Assembly (NCBI GenBank): GCA_002104905.1
Contig: MCFE01000120.1
Span: 62,001-126,000, forward strand
DNA length: 64,000 nucleotides
Reading direction: 5' to 3'
Origin: Basidiobolus meristosporus CBS 931.73
Lineage: Eukaryota > Fungi > Basidiobolomycota
Shown here: positions 1 through 12,021 of the stretch, in pieces
Numbering within the stretch: the first letter of the stretch is position 1
Layout of the letters: each line of letters starts with the position of its first letter
Notes under the pieces: model-generated
Seen by the model: the letters and a program-made list of their open reading frames with translations, nothing else
What the model was told of the DNA's origin: nothing
Databases searched by the model: none
Made by a program: the position numbers and the translations under genes

Positions 1-3000
1 TGTCCATTGTGGCTCAAACTTCTTCCGAGTGTTGTTTCTTAGCAATACAAAGTTCCCAACTGTCAATGCTTCTGGTGCTATAGTCTTATCAAATCTCTGC
101 TTCATCTTTTCTGCACTTTGAGATACTTTGGTCTGTGCCTCTTGACGTCTTTGTTCCAGTTGCTGGTGTCTACTTGGCTGACTGAGTTCATCTTCTAAGG
201 TGTCTGTAAGCTTTGGTTGTGTGAGATCTCCTGGAATCCTTGGTTCACATCCATAAACTAAGTAAAATGGTGATTGCTGGGTGGTGTTGTGTACTCTGAC
301 TCTGCATGCAAAGAGTGCTTGGTCTATATACTCATCCCATCTACTGACAACTCCATTTGCATACTTGGTCAGCATTTTTCCAAATAATCCATTAAACCGC
401 TCAGTGACTCCATTAGTTCTGGGGTGATATGCCGAGGTTTTCAAGTGTCTGATCCGCTGCATTTCCAGGTAAGCCTCTAATGTCTTTGCCATAAAGTTTG
501 CACCTCTATTGGATAAGATCTCCACAGGGCATCCAAACTTCATCAGGATCTCATGGTAAATGAAACTTGCAACTTCTTGTTCACTGGCTATTGGTACAGC
601 TTTAGCAACTGGCCATTTAGTGGCATGGTCAATTGCTACTAGGATCCAACGGTTGCATTTCCTGGTAGTTGGCAGTCTTCCAATAAAGTCAATTCCCCAT
701 CTCTCAAATGGTCTTACAGGCTCCAAAGGGAAGAGTTCGGCAATTCTTTGTGGCTGGCCCTGATTGATTTGGCAGTTTGGGCATGTTTTCACTAGCTTCT
801 CAATATCTTGTTTCATTCTGGGCCACCATGCTCTGGCTTTCACAAGGCTATAGGTTCCTTCAATCCCAAGATGTCCATATCCATTGTGTAGCTTATGTAT
901 TAAATCCAGGCGAGCAACATAAGGACAATAGGCAATAGGGCTTCCATCAACAATTCGGTAGAGTGTTTCATCCTGTACAACAAATTTGCTGGCTTCATCC
1001 CGGATTATCTTCTTGATATCTTCATCCACCTCATTAGGAATGGCTTGGTCCTCCAAGTACTTTGGTAATAGGCTAGGCCAATCTGATTCATGCACCAAGT
1101 TGAGTTGTGCAACTTGATCTAATCTTGATAAGGCATCAGCAATCGTGTTGTTTTTTCCAGGGCAGTAGACAATCTCCAGGTCAAATTGCTGAATGTATTC
1201 ACTCCATCTTGTCATTCTTCTAGAGAGTACCTTCTGAGTAAATATATACTTGAGGGAGGCATGATCAGTCTTCACAGTGCATTTGACTCCTTCAATATAG
1301 CATCTCCATGTCTTCAAACAGTGTATTATAGCAAGCATCTCCTTCTCATGAACTGGATAGTTTTGTTCTGCTGAGTTCAGTTTCTTGGATTCAAAGGCAA
1401 CAGGGTAGTCCTTTCCCTCGTGTTCTTGGCTCAGCACTCCACCAATTGCATAATCTGAAGCATCTGTGCACAGAGTGAACTCTTTTCTGAAGTCTGGTAT
1501 TCTTAAGCTTGGCAACTTAGCAAGTTCATTCTTTAGCGTCTGGAAGGCAGTCTCACAAGCTATGTCCCACTTGTAGGTATTGTCTTTCTTGAGGATATCC
1601 GTTAAAGGGGCTGCAATACTTGCAAATGACTTGACAAATCTCCGATAATAGGAAACCATTCCAAGGAAGGATCTGAGTTCTGATATGCTATGGGGCTGCT
1701 TCAAATTCTTGATTACTTCCACCTTCTTGGGGTCTAAGGTTACTCCTGTGCTAGTCACTATGTGTCCCAGATATTCTACGTGTTCCTTGAAGAATTCACA
1801 CTTGGCTAGCTTGCCATATAGCTTGTTCTCTCTTAGTTTCTTCAACACCTTTTCAATGTGTACCATGTGATCCTTTTCTGTCTTGCTGTATATCAATATG
1901 TCATCCAGGTAGATTATCACAAACTTGTCTAAGTACTCCTGAAAGACAGTCTGCATCAGCGTCATGAATGTTGCAGGGGCATTAGTGAGGCCAAAACTCA
2001 TGACTAAGTACTTGTAATGTCCATATCTGGTCCTGAATGCTGTCTTAGGGATATCTTCTGGTTTCACCCTAATCTGGTTGTATCCTGACACGAGGTCAAT
2101 CTTGCTGAAAATAGTGGCTCCATTAAGTTGGTCTAAAAGCTCATCAATCCGAGGTATGGGGTACTTATTCTTGACGGTAACTGAGTTCAGGGCTCTGTAG
2201 TCAATGCACATCCTAAGTGTTCCATCCTTCTTTTTCACAAAAAGCACTGGTGCTCCCCAAGGTGACTTGCTGGGCCTGATGTATCCTTGCTCCAATAGCT
2301 GATCAATTTGTTTCTTCATTTCCTCCAATTCCAATGGACTCATTCTGTAAGGTGTCTTGCTCACTGGAGGGCTATCTCCTGTGTCAATGGCATGATCCAC
2401 ATCTCTGACTGGTGGTAGGCTTACAAGCTCATCTGGAAACACGTCTGAATATTTCTTCAAGAGAGTCTGGACCTGCTGGGGTGCTGGGATAGAGGAATCC
2501 TCCTGTAATACCGCCATGAGGAACATCTGGGTACCTTTTCTAAGTGCTCTACAGAACTGGGTCTTGCTAAGTTCACTTGTCTCACACACACTGGAATTGA
2601 CCAAGTTGAAATCCAGCCTGGCAGGTAATAGCTCATAGGTCTTGTTGTCTTTTTGGATCTGAGTAGCATGGGTTCTCCAGTTGATTGATGGATTACGACA
2701 AAATAGCCAGGTTTTCCCAAGTACAAGGTCAAACTTGCAGTTCCCAAATATATAAGCCTGTAGGTCTTCTTCATAGTCATTGATCTTCATTCTTACTGGC
2801 TGGGTAATACGGTTGATTATGTGGGAGTTCCCATCAGCTGTGGAGACTGAAGTTGATTTGGTAGGTTCCGAGTTGATTCCAGCTTTCAAAGCAAATTGCT
2901 CTGACATGTACTCATGCGATGCTCCTGAGTCAATCATGATCTTGGCAGGTACTCCATTGATTGCTCCATTCAGGTACAATAACTTCCCTGAGTTTGAAGT

Positions 3001-3948
3001 CATTTGGGACAAGTACTCTTCTGTCATATGGAAGGTGAGTTCCGAGTCTTCTTCAAGCTCATCTTCCTCATTATTGTGTTCATGGGACTCAATATGGTTG
3101 AAGGTTCTTGTTGGCTGGTGTCCATTTCTTCTCTGAGGGCAGTACTTTGCAATATGTCCCTGCTGGTGGCAATTGAAGCAAAGTCCTCTCTTCTTGCATT
3201 CTTCTGAGGAGGGATTCTTCTGCATAGCGTCTATTTCCATTGGTACTGCTTCTGATTGTCTTCTTTCATAATGATTATAGCCTTTCTGACTAGTCACTGT
3301 AGGCTTCCCAACTCCAAACATAGCTGAGTCATAGTCAATGGCAATCTTGATGGCTTCTTCAATAGTCTGAGGTCTTCGGTAATTGACTTCCTTGCGAGTT
3401 CTTTCTTTCAACCCATCAATAAAGTATTCAACTTGATCCAAGGGGTCCATTCTTTCAATTTGTCCAAGTAGACATCTGTACTCATAGATGTATTCTTGCA
3501 CCATTCCTTTCTGTCTGAGTGTCTTTAACTTCCTTCTTAGTAGTGTCTGCTGGTGTGGAGGTTCAAAGGCATCCTGAATTTCCGACACAAACTCATCCCA
3601 GGTAGAGATTGTAGAGCATCCCATCATAGTAGCTGACCTGATCTTGTTGTGGTACCACTGTAAAGCTGCATCTGCCAGGTAAGAAGCTGCATAATGCAAC
3701 TTGCTCTCTGGAGCAATTCCTTTAGCTTTAAAAGCTTCTTCAATCTGAAAGAGCCAAGTTCCCAGGTTTTCATTGACTCTGCCATGGTACCGGTTGACCT
3801 TCACACTAAAGTTGCTCTTGACAGGGCTTTGCTGGCTCTGAGCCATGGTAGTCATTCCTTGTTGTTGTTGGCTGAGGATCTGGAGTAGCTGTTGCTGTTG
3901 GGCCAGGATTTGCTGCATGGCATTCTTCCATTCTTGATTGTCCGACAT
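1..3948 (-). CDS. gag-pol: Gag-Pol polyprotein, at least 1316 codons with no stop, running off the window edge (3' partial)
   Basis: Manual translation from ATG at 3948 ([13 protein letters not shown]) found no in-frame stop to base 1. Motifs: Gag (WLFQIEEAF), PMEID, zinc knuckle [14 protein letters not shown], protease [22 protein letters not shown], RNase [15 protein letters not shown], integrase HHCC and WGIDFIG...[10 protein letters not shown], ending at KFEPQWT. Confidence 0.93.
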   Translation of the reverse strand, partial: MSDNQEWKNAMQQILAQQQQLLQILSQQQQGMTTMAQSQQSPVKSNFSVKVNRYHGRVNENLGTWLFQIEEAFKAKGIAPESKLHYAASYLADAALQWYHNKIRSATMMGCSTISTWDEFVSEIQDAFEPPHQQTLLRRKLKTLRQKGMVQEYIYEYRCLLGQIERMDPLDQVEYFIDGLKERTRKEVNYRRPQTIEEAIKIAIDYDSAMFGVGKPTVTSQKGYNHYERRQSEAVPMEIDAMQKNPSSEECKKRGLCFNCHQQGHIAKYCPQRRNGHQPTRTFNHIESHEHNNEEDELEEDSELTFHMTEEYLSQMTSNSGKLLYLNGAINGVPAKIMIDSGASHEYMSEQFALKAGINSEPTKSTSVSTADGNSHIINRITQPVRMKINDYEEDLQAYIFGNCKFDLVLGKTWLFCRNPSINWRTHATQIQKDNKTYELLPARLDFNLVNSSVCETSELSKTQFCRALRKGTQMFLMAVLQEDSSIPAPQQVQTLLKKYSDVFPDELVSLPPVRDVDHAIDTGDSPPVSKTPYRMSPLELEEMKKQIDQLLEQGYIRPSKSPWGAPVLFVKKKDGTLRMCIDYRALNSVTVKNKYPIPRIDELLDQLNGATIFSKIDLVSGYNQIRVKPEDIPKTAFRTRYGHYKYLVMSFGLTNAPATFMTLMQTVFQEYLDKFVIIYLDDILIYSKTEKDHMVHIEKVLKKLRENKLYGKLAKCEFFKEHVEYLGHIVTSTGVTLDPKKVEVIKNLKQPHSISELRSFLGMVSYYRRFVKSFASIAAPLTDILKKDNTYKWDIACETAFQTLKNELAKLPSLRIPDFRKEFTLCTDASDYAIGGVLSQEHEGKDYPVAFESKKLNSAEQNYPVHEKEMLAIIHCLKTWRCYIEGVKCTVKTDHASLKYIFTQKVLSRRMTRWSEYIQQFDLEIVYCPGKNNTIADALSRLDQVAQLNLVHESDWPSLLPKYLEDQAIPNEVDEDIKKIIRDEASKFVVQDETLYRIVDGSPIAYCPYVARLDLIHKLHNGYGHLGIEGTYSLVKARAWWPRMKQDIEKLVKTCPNCQINQGQPQRIAELFPLEPVRPFERWGIDFIGRLPTTRKCNRWILVAIDHATKWPVAKAVPIASEQEVASFIYHEILMKFGCPVEILSNRGANFMAKTLEAYLEMQRIRHLKTSAYHPRTNGVTERFNGLFGKMLTKYANGVVSRWDEYIDQALFACRVRVHNTTQQSPFYLVYGCEPRIPGDLTQPKLTDTLEDELSQPSRHQQLEQRRQEAQTKVSQSAEKMKQRFDKTIAPEALTVGNFVLLRNNTRKKFEPQWT

Positions 3949-3995
3949 CTTGAGGGTGGTTTCTTCTTTTCTTCAGGAGGGAGGTTTCTGGTTAT

Positions 3996-4006
3996 CGCTG
4001 CTACCA
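3996..4006 (-). other. Primer-binding site TGGTAGCAGCG (complementary to a tRNA 3' end, probably initiator Met)
   Basis: Starts with TGG 1 nt downstream of the 5' LTR. TGGTAGC matches the ...GCUACCA end of eukaryotic initiator tRNAs. Confidence 0.75.
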
Positions 4007-4007
4007 A

Positions 4008-4375
4008 TGTTACAAGTCTTGGTATAAGAGTTGTAGAGGAATAGGGAGTTTAGCTAGTATTGTATTCACTAAAACTTGAACTGATTTTTATTGAGGTTCC
4101 AGCAGCTCCTTATATACATTTTGCCAGATCAATTGCTGACTAATTGTATTTCCTAATGTAGGTTGTGGCTGATGACTCATTTGATTGCATCATCATCACC
4201 CAATAAGATCCTACTTAATATATCTATTTCTGTCTGATAAGGATCTGCTGATTCATTTGCTGACTAATGCTACTGATTTCATAGATAATACTGATGTACT
4301 GATAACCTAAACATATACTAACTGATTTGACTAAAAACTGATCTAACTTAAACATTCAAGCGGCAGATCATAACA
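4008..4375 (-). repeat. Family A 5' LTR (368 bp)
   Basis: TG...CA termini; clearly homologous to 8411-8779. Confidence 0.9.
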
Positions 4376-6927
4376 AATCTACCAGTTTCCATATTTCTAC
4401 GCTGATCAGTGATTGAGGCTCTTTCTGCATAGCTTGCTGCCATATAGTGCCATCTGGACTTTGCACTACTTGTTCCAGATGTTGTGGTTTGTCATGTAGT
4501 GCAAGATAAGTTTCTTCCTGATTATTGAAAGTCAGACATCCAGGTTAGGGGCATTTGTGCATCTGGTTCATCTCCTAAGAGGGACAATCTATTCAGATCT
4601 GCAACTGGTAGAATCTTCTTCCATATCTGGCTGAATAAGATATCCATCTTCCTCATTAGTGGTGATTGCAAGATTAGGTAGCTGGCCAATGAGCCCAATG
4701 GCTTTCTCATCTCAGTTTACCTGAAATACAACATCCTTGTTTTGGAGCAGCTTCTCAATTTTGCCATTACACTCTTTGCCCTGTAGTATATTCAAGATAG
4801 CCAAAAAAGTATCCTTTCTACTTCTTGGTGCTAACCATTAGTGTTTTTTGGCAGAGATATGATAGAACACTACTGCCAAATATCTGGAGGTGCTTAAGGC
4901 TTGGTTGTTTGCCTGCATATGCTTCAGTGGGTGTATAAGCATGTAGTGCTATTGTTGGCCATCTATTTTTGGTCTACACTGAGGTAGCCGCAAATACAGC
5001 CTAGAACTTGTGATCCATTTCTGTTTGATGTAGTATAGATCTTGCCATCTCCACTACTGCTCTATTTGCACATTATGCTACTCCATTTTGCTGTAGAGTA
5101 TGTAGAACAGTGGCTTGTTGAAGTATATTAGTTGATACACAATAATTGGTAAATTCCTTTGGGCAGTATTCCCCTTACTTGTACCTAAAGGTACCTTTCA
5201 CTTACACCCATTATGTGTACTGACATATTGCTCAGCTTGTTTGCCATATGAACATTCCTTCCAGACACTCAATCTGAAGAGAATTGAGTTATATAGGCCT
5301 AAAACAAGCTGATAATTTGCCAATTGGTTCACTTTCTGTTCCCCATGGTGTTCTAGCCTCCAATGCCTTGTGTCTTAGTTGGTTTCATCAGTTCCAGCAA
5401 TGTTGACTTACTCAGGCATAATGACTTCACATTTAACTTATACTAATTATTATCTTTGATTTCCAAAGCTGACTTTTGACTAATTTCACTCAATATCAAG
5501 CAGCTCAGCTTAGTCAAAATATACTTCAGTCCATGAGCAGTTGCTTTTCCAAATGAGAGTAGGTTCTTAGCTATTCCAGGCACATCAAGTACGTCAGTCA
5601 GCTTTGCTATTGTACCCCTGAGATATAACTCATATTTAGCTCCATAGACCTACTGGCAGTAGCTTCCCGTGCATAGTTGGTTCCCAGACAAACCTTTCTT
5701 ATGGCAAGAGTCTCTAAGTTGCTGAACCACTCCCTTATACCATGAATATGCAGTGCTCCTCCAGAGTCAATATACCATTCATAACTGTGATTATATGCAC
5801 TCTCTTGTATAGTTACTGATAACTGTTGATCGATGGTGATATAGTTTTCCTGCTCTAGTTTCTGTTTTTATCTGCTTACTTCTTCTTGCATCCTCCCTCC
5901 CAGTGTCCTGGCTTTGTACGGTAGTTACATCATCCTGATTTTCTTTGGTTTTGTTGCTTTCCATTCTTGTATGTGTACCACTCTAAGCTCAATAAAGCAT
6001 TATTATCATTTTTTCAGCTTGATCATTATTTCTGTGTTTTTCATAAAGAGGTTTTCCTATGGTCAGATTTTATTCTTTGCCTTCAATGGAGAGTATCAGT
6101 AGTCAATATTTGTCTAGTAAGCTGCAAAGCAGACAGAGTATCATTTCTTCACTGTCTAGACCAGTATTGATAATGTCAAGTTCTTCAGCAAGTGTCTCCA
6201 TTCTGGTAATGAGCTGTAGCTTGCCATCCTCTGGCATCTTCCTCATATTCAACAGCTTTCTTTTTATATACAGTTGATTGATATTGACTTCTGCTATGGG
6301 TTCTTCTCTAATGATTCCCAAGCTGCTTTGGGAGTATTAGAAGTATGAATTTGTTTAATGAAGGAATCTTGCACATTGATACATATGGCATGAAGGGCTA
6401 TACTCTGCTTCTCTTAATACTTTTGTACTTCTTTTGCTGTTCCATTGGGCTCAACTTCCTTTTCTGTTTCATTATTTTGGTGCTTTCTTTCTGCAAGATG
6501 ATTCTGTAACTTGATTCTCTAAAGTCTGTAGCTTTTCCGTCAAATTTCCCCTTTGCAGGGAAGATGTTTGTATTATTCTCCTTGTTGGTAGATTTCATCT
6601 TGAGTTTAGATTAAGGCAATGAGAGCTCATAACCTGTTGCAATTTAAAATGTGATTTGGATATCAGGAATTGATTATAAAATAACAATAGTAGTTGTACT
6701 GTTTTTTATTCACAGAAAAGCTCAGTACCTGTATCTTTGTAGAGGTAATACAGCTATAACACTGATGCAGAGGGGTTTCACAACATTCAGGAGCATTTTG
6801 TGACAGCTGAGGAGCTAGTAAATATTGTTAGATAAATGTGCAAATCTGATGAGGACTATAGGGCAATAATCCAGAGTTGTGAAGTTTTTAGCTGCTGAAT
6901 GATACCAAATAATCCCATATTATAACA
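4376..6927 (-). mobile_element. Degenerate Ty1/Copia element (family H): gag, protease, integrase and start of RT, plus putative 5' LTR at about 6635-6927
   Basis: Minus-strand remnants: EWYIDSGG (~5770), QQNGVA (~5085), SPDGTIWQQAMQKE (~4440). PBS GGTTATGAGCTC at 6623-6634 adjoins TGTTGC. Many stops and frameshifts; the LTR right end is uncertain. Confidence 0.8.
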
Positions 6928-6989
6928 GAATACTAGGTGGACTAGACTTTACATTGTATTCTCTGCATTTGCTTCTATAAATATTGAGT

Positions 6990-8410
6990 TTTTGCTTATT
7001 GAGATTTTGCCAATTTCAAGCAGGGTACTTTTGCAAGAGGAGATAAGCTCACAATTCTTGTGCAGGCCTTCTTCCTTGGAGCTATCAGTTTGCTTGTAAG
7101 AGCCATATGGGTGCAGTGAGCCCAAAGGCATTGCAAACTCATCTGACTATGCTTGTGTAATCTCTTATATAAAGTCTTGTAACATTGATAGCAACAATAA
7201 CCAGAAACCTACCCCTTAAAGTGGGAAGTAGCCACACACAAGACAATAGAAAATTAACAACAGCAGCATGCTATCATCCAATCCCAGCCTAAGAGCCACA
7301 TTTACTCCGGAGCCTCAGCCACAACAATAAGGAATGACTATGATAGCCCTAAGCTTGTCTAGAGCAACTTAAGTGTAATTGTCACAAGCACCATGACAGA
7401 GTCAATGAAAACCAGGGAGCTTAGCTCTTCCAAGCTGCAAAGAACTGTATGGCTGAAGTTATTGCCCTTGAAAGTAAGTTGCATTCCATTGTAATTCATC
7501 AATGAGCTAGTTAAGTTAATCAGCAAACATAGTGGCTCAACAAGTATAATCTACCCAATAGAAGTCATAGACATTCCAGATAGACCTCAGATAGTCACTG
7601 ATCTTGACACCTTCACCCAGCTTGGCTTTCACATTGGTGGGGTACCAGTTTCCTATCAATGAACCACTAAATATCAACCACCCACAATGGATCAGATCCT
7701 AGAAATTATCTTATCCCAACTGGAAGAAAAATATTTAGCTCCAAATTTTCCTGCATATTCCTATTCAGTCAAATTGAATTTTTATACAGCCATAAAAAGA
7801 AGCCAAGCCATTCCAAGTAGCAGTCTGTGTACTATTCCAGAATCTATTGTTACATTTGAAAACCTCCTGGAGAGTCAGCATGAAGATAACAATACCCAAT
7901 TTCACTTTCCTGTCAATACTAGGTGGATAAAGTAGTCCAGAATGGGCAGACAATGGGACTACCACTCAAGTCCCTGTCAATGCAACATACAATGGCCCCT
8001 TGACACTTGCACATAAGAAGGATGCTAATGGGAATACATGTATGAGGAGACCCTGTGTGGACTGCAGATCTCTGAGCAAACTTCACCATGATGACAAATT
8101 TCAAATTCCTGGAATCCAGGATATCTTTTCCTCACTCTAAGGAGGAAAAGTATTTGCTAAGTTGGATGTAAAGGATGCATATCACCAGTACCACACCCAC
8201 CCTTATCATCAGCATAACACTACCTTTACTTAGAGTAACTGGCAATGAATATTTCAGAGAGCTCCTTTTGGCCTAAAGGCACTGACCGGCAATTACCAGA
8301 GAGCCAGAACTATAACACTCAGGAAAACACTGAATGCATTGGTACTTGCTGACAATGTCATCATATAGTCTATAAACTATGATGATTATGCATCACATGT
8401 CATTGATGTA
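6990..8410 (+). pseudogene. pol: Highly degenerate Gypsy B-like gag end, protease and RT fragment
   Basis: ~7560-7660 translates EVIDIPDRPQIVTDLDTFTQLGFHIGGVPVSY, matching the B2 protease (EAFDIPDGPQVVIGLDTFTKLGFHIG). RT remnant KLDVKDAYHQ; cut by a family A LTR at 8411. Left boundary approximate. Confidence 0.75.
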
Positions 8411-9800
8411 TGTTATAAGTCTTGTTTATAAGAGTTGTAGAGGAATATGGAGTTTTGCTTGTATTGTATTTGCTCAAACTTGAACTGATTTTTATTGTGG
8501 TTCCAGCAGCTCCTTTTATACAACTTGCCCAATCAATTGCTGACTAATTGTATTTCCTAATACATGAAGTGGTTGATGACTCATTTGATTACATTATCAT
8601 CACCCATTTTGATCCCATTTGATACATCTATTTCTTTCTGATAAGGATCTGTTGCATCATTTGCTGATAATGCTATTGATTTTTTAGATAATACTGATCC
8701 AGTGTTAGACTCAACATAAAACTATTGGATTTGACTAAAAGCTGATTTAACCTGGCTATTCAAGCAGTGGATCATAACACTCTCCCCTACTAAAGTTGAG
8801 AGGGTTCCTCAGAATCTCTTCTCTTGTGATACCAATATCCTGTTGGTTCAGTATTGTCTGCAGGCCTTGCAAGCCTGAGTCTATCTCTATGAACTAAGTC
8901 TGCCTTGATAGTCTCTTCTTTGGCCACTAGTAAGTAAGTTGCAAATGAACATTCTCTGATGATCTTCAATGGTCCTGTCCATTGTGACTGAGGCTTCTTC
9001 TGTGTGTTGTTTCCCAGCAATACAAAGCTCCCAACTGTCAATGCTTCTGGTCGTATAGTCTTCTCAAATCTTTGCTTCATCTTTTCTGCAATTTGAGATA
9101 CTTTGCCAGCTGTGCATTGATGTCTTTGTTTTGCTTGCTGGTGCCTACTTGGCTGACTGAGTTTATCTTCTAAGGCCTCTGTAAGCTTTGGTTGTTTGAG
9201 ATCTCATGGAATCCTTGGTTTACACCCAAACACTAAGTAAAATGGCAATTGTTGGGTGGTATTATGCAATCTGACTCTGCAGGCAAAAAGTCCTTGGTCT
9301 ATATACTAATTCCATCTACTGACAGCTCTATTTACATATTTAGTCAGTACTTTTCCAAACAAGCCATTAAGCCACTCAGCAACTCCATTAATTTGAAGGA
9401 GATATGCCAAGGTGTACAAGTGTTTGATCTGCTGCATTTTCAGGTGAACTTCCAATGTCTTTGCAATAAAGTTTGCTCCTCAATTAGACAATATCTTTGC
9501 AGGGCATCCAAGCTTCATAGGGATCTTATGGTAGATAAAACTTGCAACTTCTTGCTCACTGAGTACCGGTATAGCTTTAGTCACTGGCCATTTAGTGGCA
9601 TGTGAAATTGCTACTAGTATCCAATGGTTGCATTTCCTGGTGGTCGGCATTCTTCCAATAAAGTCAATTCCACATCTCTCAAATGGTCTTACAGGCTTCA
9701 AGGGTAAGGTTCCGCAATACTTTGTGGTTGGCATTGGTTGTTTTGGCAATTTGGGCATGTTTGTAATAGCTTCTCTACATCTTCTTTCATTCAGGCCACA
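8411..9800 (-). mobile_element. Gypsy family A copy 2, 5'-truncated: 3' LTR 8411-8779, PPT, integrase C-terminal half
   Basis: LTR homologous to 4008-4375. PPT AGGGGAGAG abuts the LTR. ORFs 8790-9080 and 9480-9758 match the A1 integrase (RPFERCGIDFIG, SQWTGPLKI). No chromodomain. Confidence 0.9.
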
Positions 9801-10605
9801 TAGAAAATGTAGTTCAATACAAGTGGCACTCAGTCAATGAAGCAGTGAAATACCTAGTAGTAATAAAGGTAACAGTCAAGAGAAAATGATCTACCCAACC
9901 CATAGTCAGGGAAGCATGAGTAAAAGCTACAGCTTTCACAAATTAATGTTGTCAGCCCAGAGCAGGCTGAGTCTCATCACAGTCCTGAAGAACTACAAAC
10001 AGCACAAAAGTTGTATTTTCAAGAGTTAGAAGTGCAGCCAGTAGAGCTACACTCCAGTTAGGTAGATGCGTTTGCTGATAAAAGCAAGTTATCCACTGCT
10101 ACCTCTGCATCTTCAATTGTACATGTTGTGTAGGTCCCACTGTTGGACAAAATGACAATGACAAGAACCCAAAAGACTGTTACAAGGCCTACAATGGAAT
10201 TCTAGAACATTAACAGGCACATCAAGAGGTTGCAGCACTTCTTCAAGAGCAGTGTTCAAGAAAGCTCACTTGGATATATCAAGGATCCATTGCAAAGACT
10301 GGCAGATAAGGTGCTAGACCTGGCAGTTGCAGAAAAGGAGACAATAGCCAATAGAAGCGCACAAAAGCAGGATGTGATTGAGTGTCCAGGATCACAAAGT
10401 AAGAGAGTTTGCAGAGGACTAATAAAAAGCCACTTGTGTATTGTTGTGATGAGAGATTTTGACCAAGTTTATTGTGCAATCTGGGATGCAATCATTTTTC
10501 AACAATTTCTGCACAGTGACCTCATAGGATCAATACCTCTGAGCCATGGGACTTTAATTTTGTTGCAGTCTTTTTACCGGATAGGTATGAATGTTTATCA
10601 TAGGG
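9801..10605 (+). mobile_element. CACTA-family fragment: ORF2 3' part and ORF2-side terminus (...TTATCATAGGG)
   Basis: Homologous to 34650-35745. ORF 10230-10628 begins QHFFKSSVQE...LQRLADKVLDLAV; ends in the TIR. Confidence 0.75.
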
Positions 10606-10813
10606 TTGGCAGCATAGATATTCACTGACTTGATTTGGCCAAAGCATGAAAGGTCACAGTTGTGATGTAACAATGGCACTGGTAATGGTAACATGTAGCT
10701 TTACAATATATGTCCAATTACATGAGCTTTTTTAGACAGGACAGGACGGTAACATATCTAGAGTGTGGAAATTGTTTTCCTCCTATGCCCTATAAAAAAT
10801 TATTGAGATGATC

Positions 10814-12021
10814 TGTTGTGTTGTTTTATGATTAGTTTGGGGCTTGTTCTACAATGTAGAGGCTAATCAACAATATACAACAACTTTTAGTAGGCTAACA
10901 CTGAAATAGTTTATTGGGAGTTTGATATACAAATATAAGATATAACTTTCACTAATATCCTCAATCTTAGGCTCAAAATATACTATAGGCAGTGTTTCTC
11001 ACTTGTACAGCAGTGTTCTGACCCTCTGTCAACTAATGTGCTTATTTATTTGTATGGTAACTTTCCTTATTTGGAAGTCACACTACTTTATGAAAAATAA
11101 TTCCTAATATGGAAATTCTGACCTCCTCTCTAACCTAAAGGGGCATGTTGTAGGAGTCTCTAAAGGGGTGTCATTAGAGTAAATGGGTTTCTTGTAATAG
11201 TCTCCAAAGTGGACTTTTCACTGAAGGGATGCCTAAAGGGGTGCCTAAAGGGTCTTCTTTAATGTAAAGGGCTTCTTAAAGGGGTCTCTAAAGGGGTCTT
11301 TAGACTAAAGGGGTGTTTTCAGAGTAAATGGGTTTCTTAGAGGGGACTTTTGCAACAGAAAAGTGGTAGGTACTTGTAGAACTTAAATTGGATTCTAGTG
11401 CGCTTTGCAGACTCTTTACTGAATTAGTACCAATCAAAGTCAGAATACTCAACAGTACAAGTGATGCAGGGGAAGTCTTATAACCTTTAAACTTGTAATT
11501 GTAGTGTGGAGATTCTGGAAAGATAGGCCACCTTTATTTTTCAGCTGGGGAAGTCATATATATGATATTTCTGAATTATCAAAGTTTTTGGGCAATTGCG
11601 CAAGCAATACACATGATACAAAGCTAAAAGTTTGCAATGGCGCAGATCATACATAGGTGAAGCACCTGTAAAAGATTGCATGATTTCATTGGCTGGTTCA
11701 AAAACCACACGCTATCAAAGTCACCATAAAAATCCTAGCAAGAGTGGCCTAGTATATATAATAATTGAACTCTTTTGGTCATAACTCCTTAAGTACTGCT
11801 TCAAATAAGCTGTAATTTGCAACATATGTAGGGTACTGCATGTTTTGTATGACATATTTTTCTTGGGCGGATTGCTTGTCAGAGTCTGGAGTATTTGTCC
11901 CTCAAAGTTGGAATTTCTTGATCTTTCACTTGTGTGCTATGATAGCAAAAAGCAAAATGAAGAAATGAGTGCAATATTGGTTTTGAGATATTGTAGTAAT
12001 GAAAAGTATTCCATTACTACG
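10814..12021. repeat. Solo-LTR-like element family F copy 1 (1208 bp), TSD GATC
   Basis: TGTTGTG...ATTACTACG flanked by GATC/GATC. Empty-site homologue at 35720-35745. Internal (C)TAAAGGGG array at ~11140-11350. Confidence 0.85.

Larger units (their letters stand above)
1..4375 (-). mobile_element. Ty3/Gypsy LTR retrotransposon, family A copy 1 (3' end lies beyond window start), inserted into a Copia remnant
   Basis: 5' LTR 4008-4375 (TGTTAC...TAACA), adjacent PBS, then a single gag-pol ORF with domain order Gag-PR-RT-RH-IN. Confidence 0.95.

Noticed and set aside
560-3888. Short plus-strand ORFs listed in the ORF track (and most 60-130 aa ORFs elsewhere)
   Set aside because: They are antisense shadows or off-frame pieces of TE genes with no motifs of their own.
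10623-10640. CACTG as the CACTA terminus
   Set aside because: Not reproduced in other copies. The CCCTATGAAAAA end recurs at five termini and is backed by a 3-bp TSD.
11140-11350. TAAAGGGG repeats as a telomere or interstitial telomeric array
   Set aside because: Units are irregular and embedded in a TSD-flanked element present three times; there is no perfect TTAGGG-type run.
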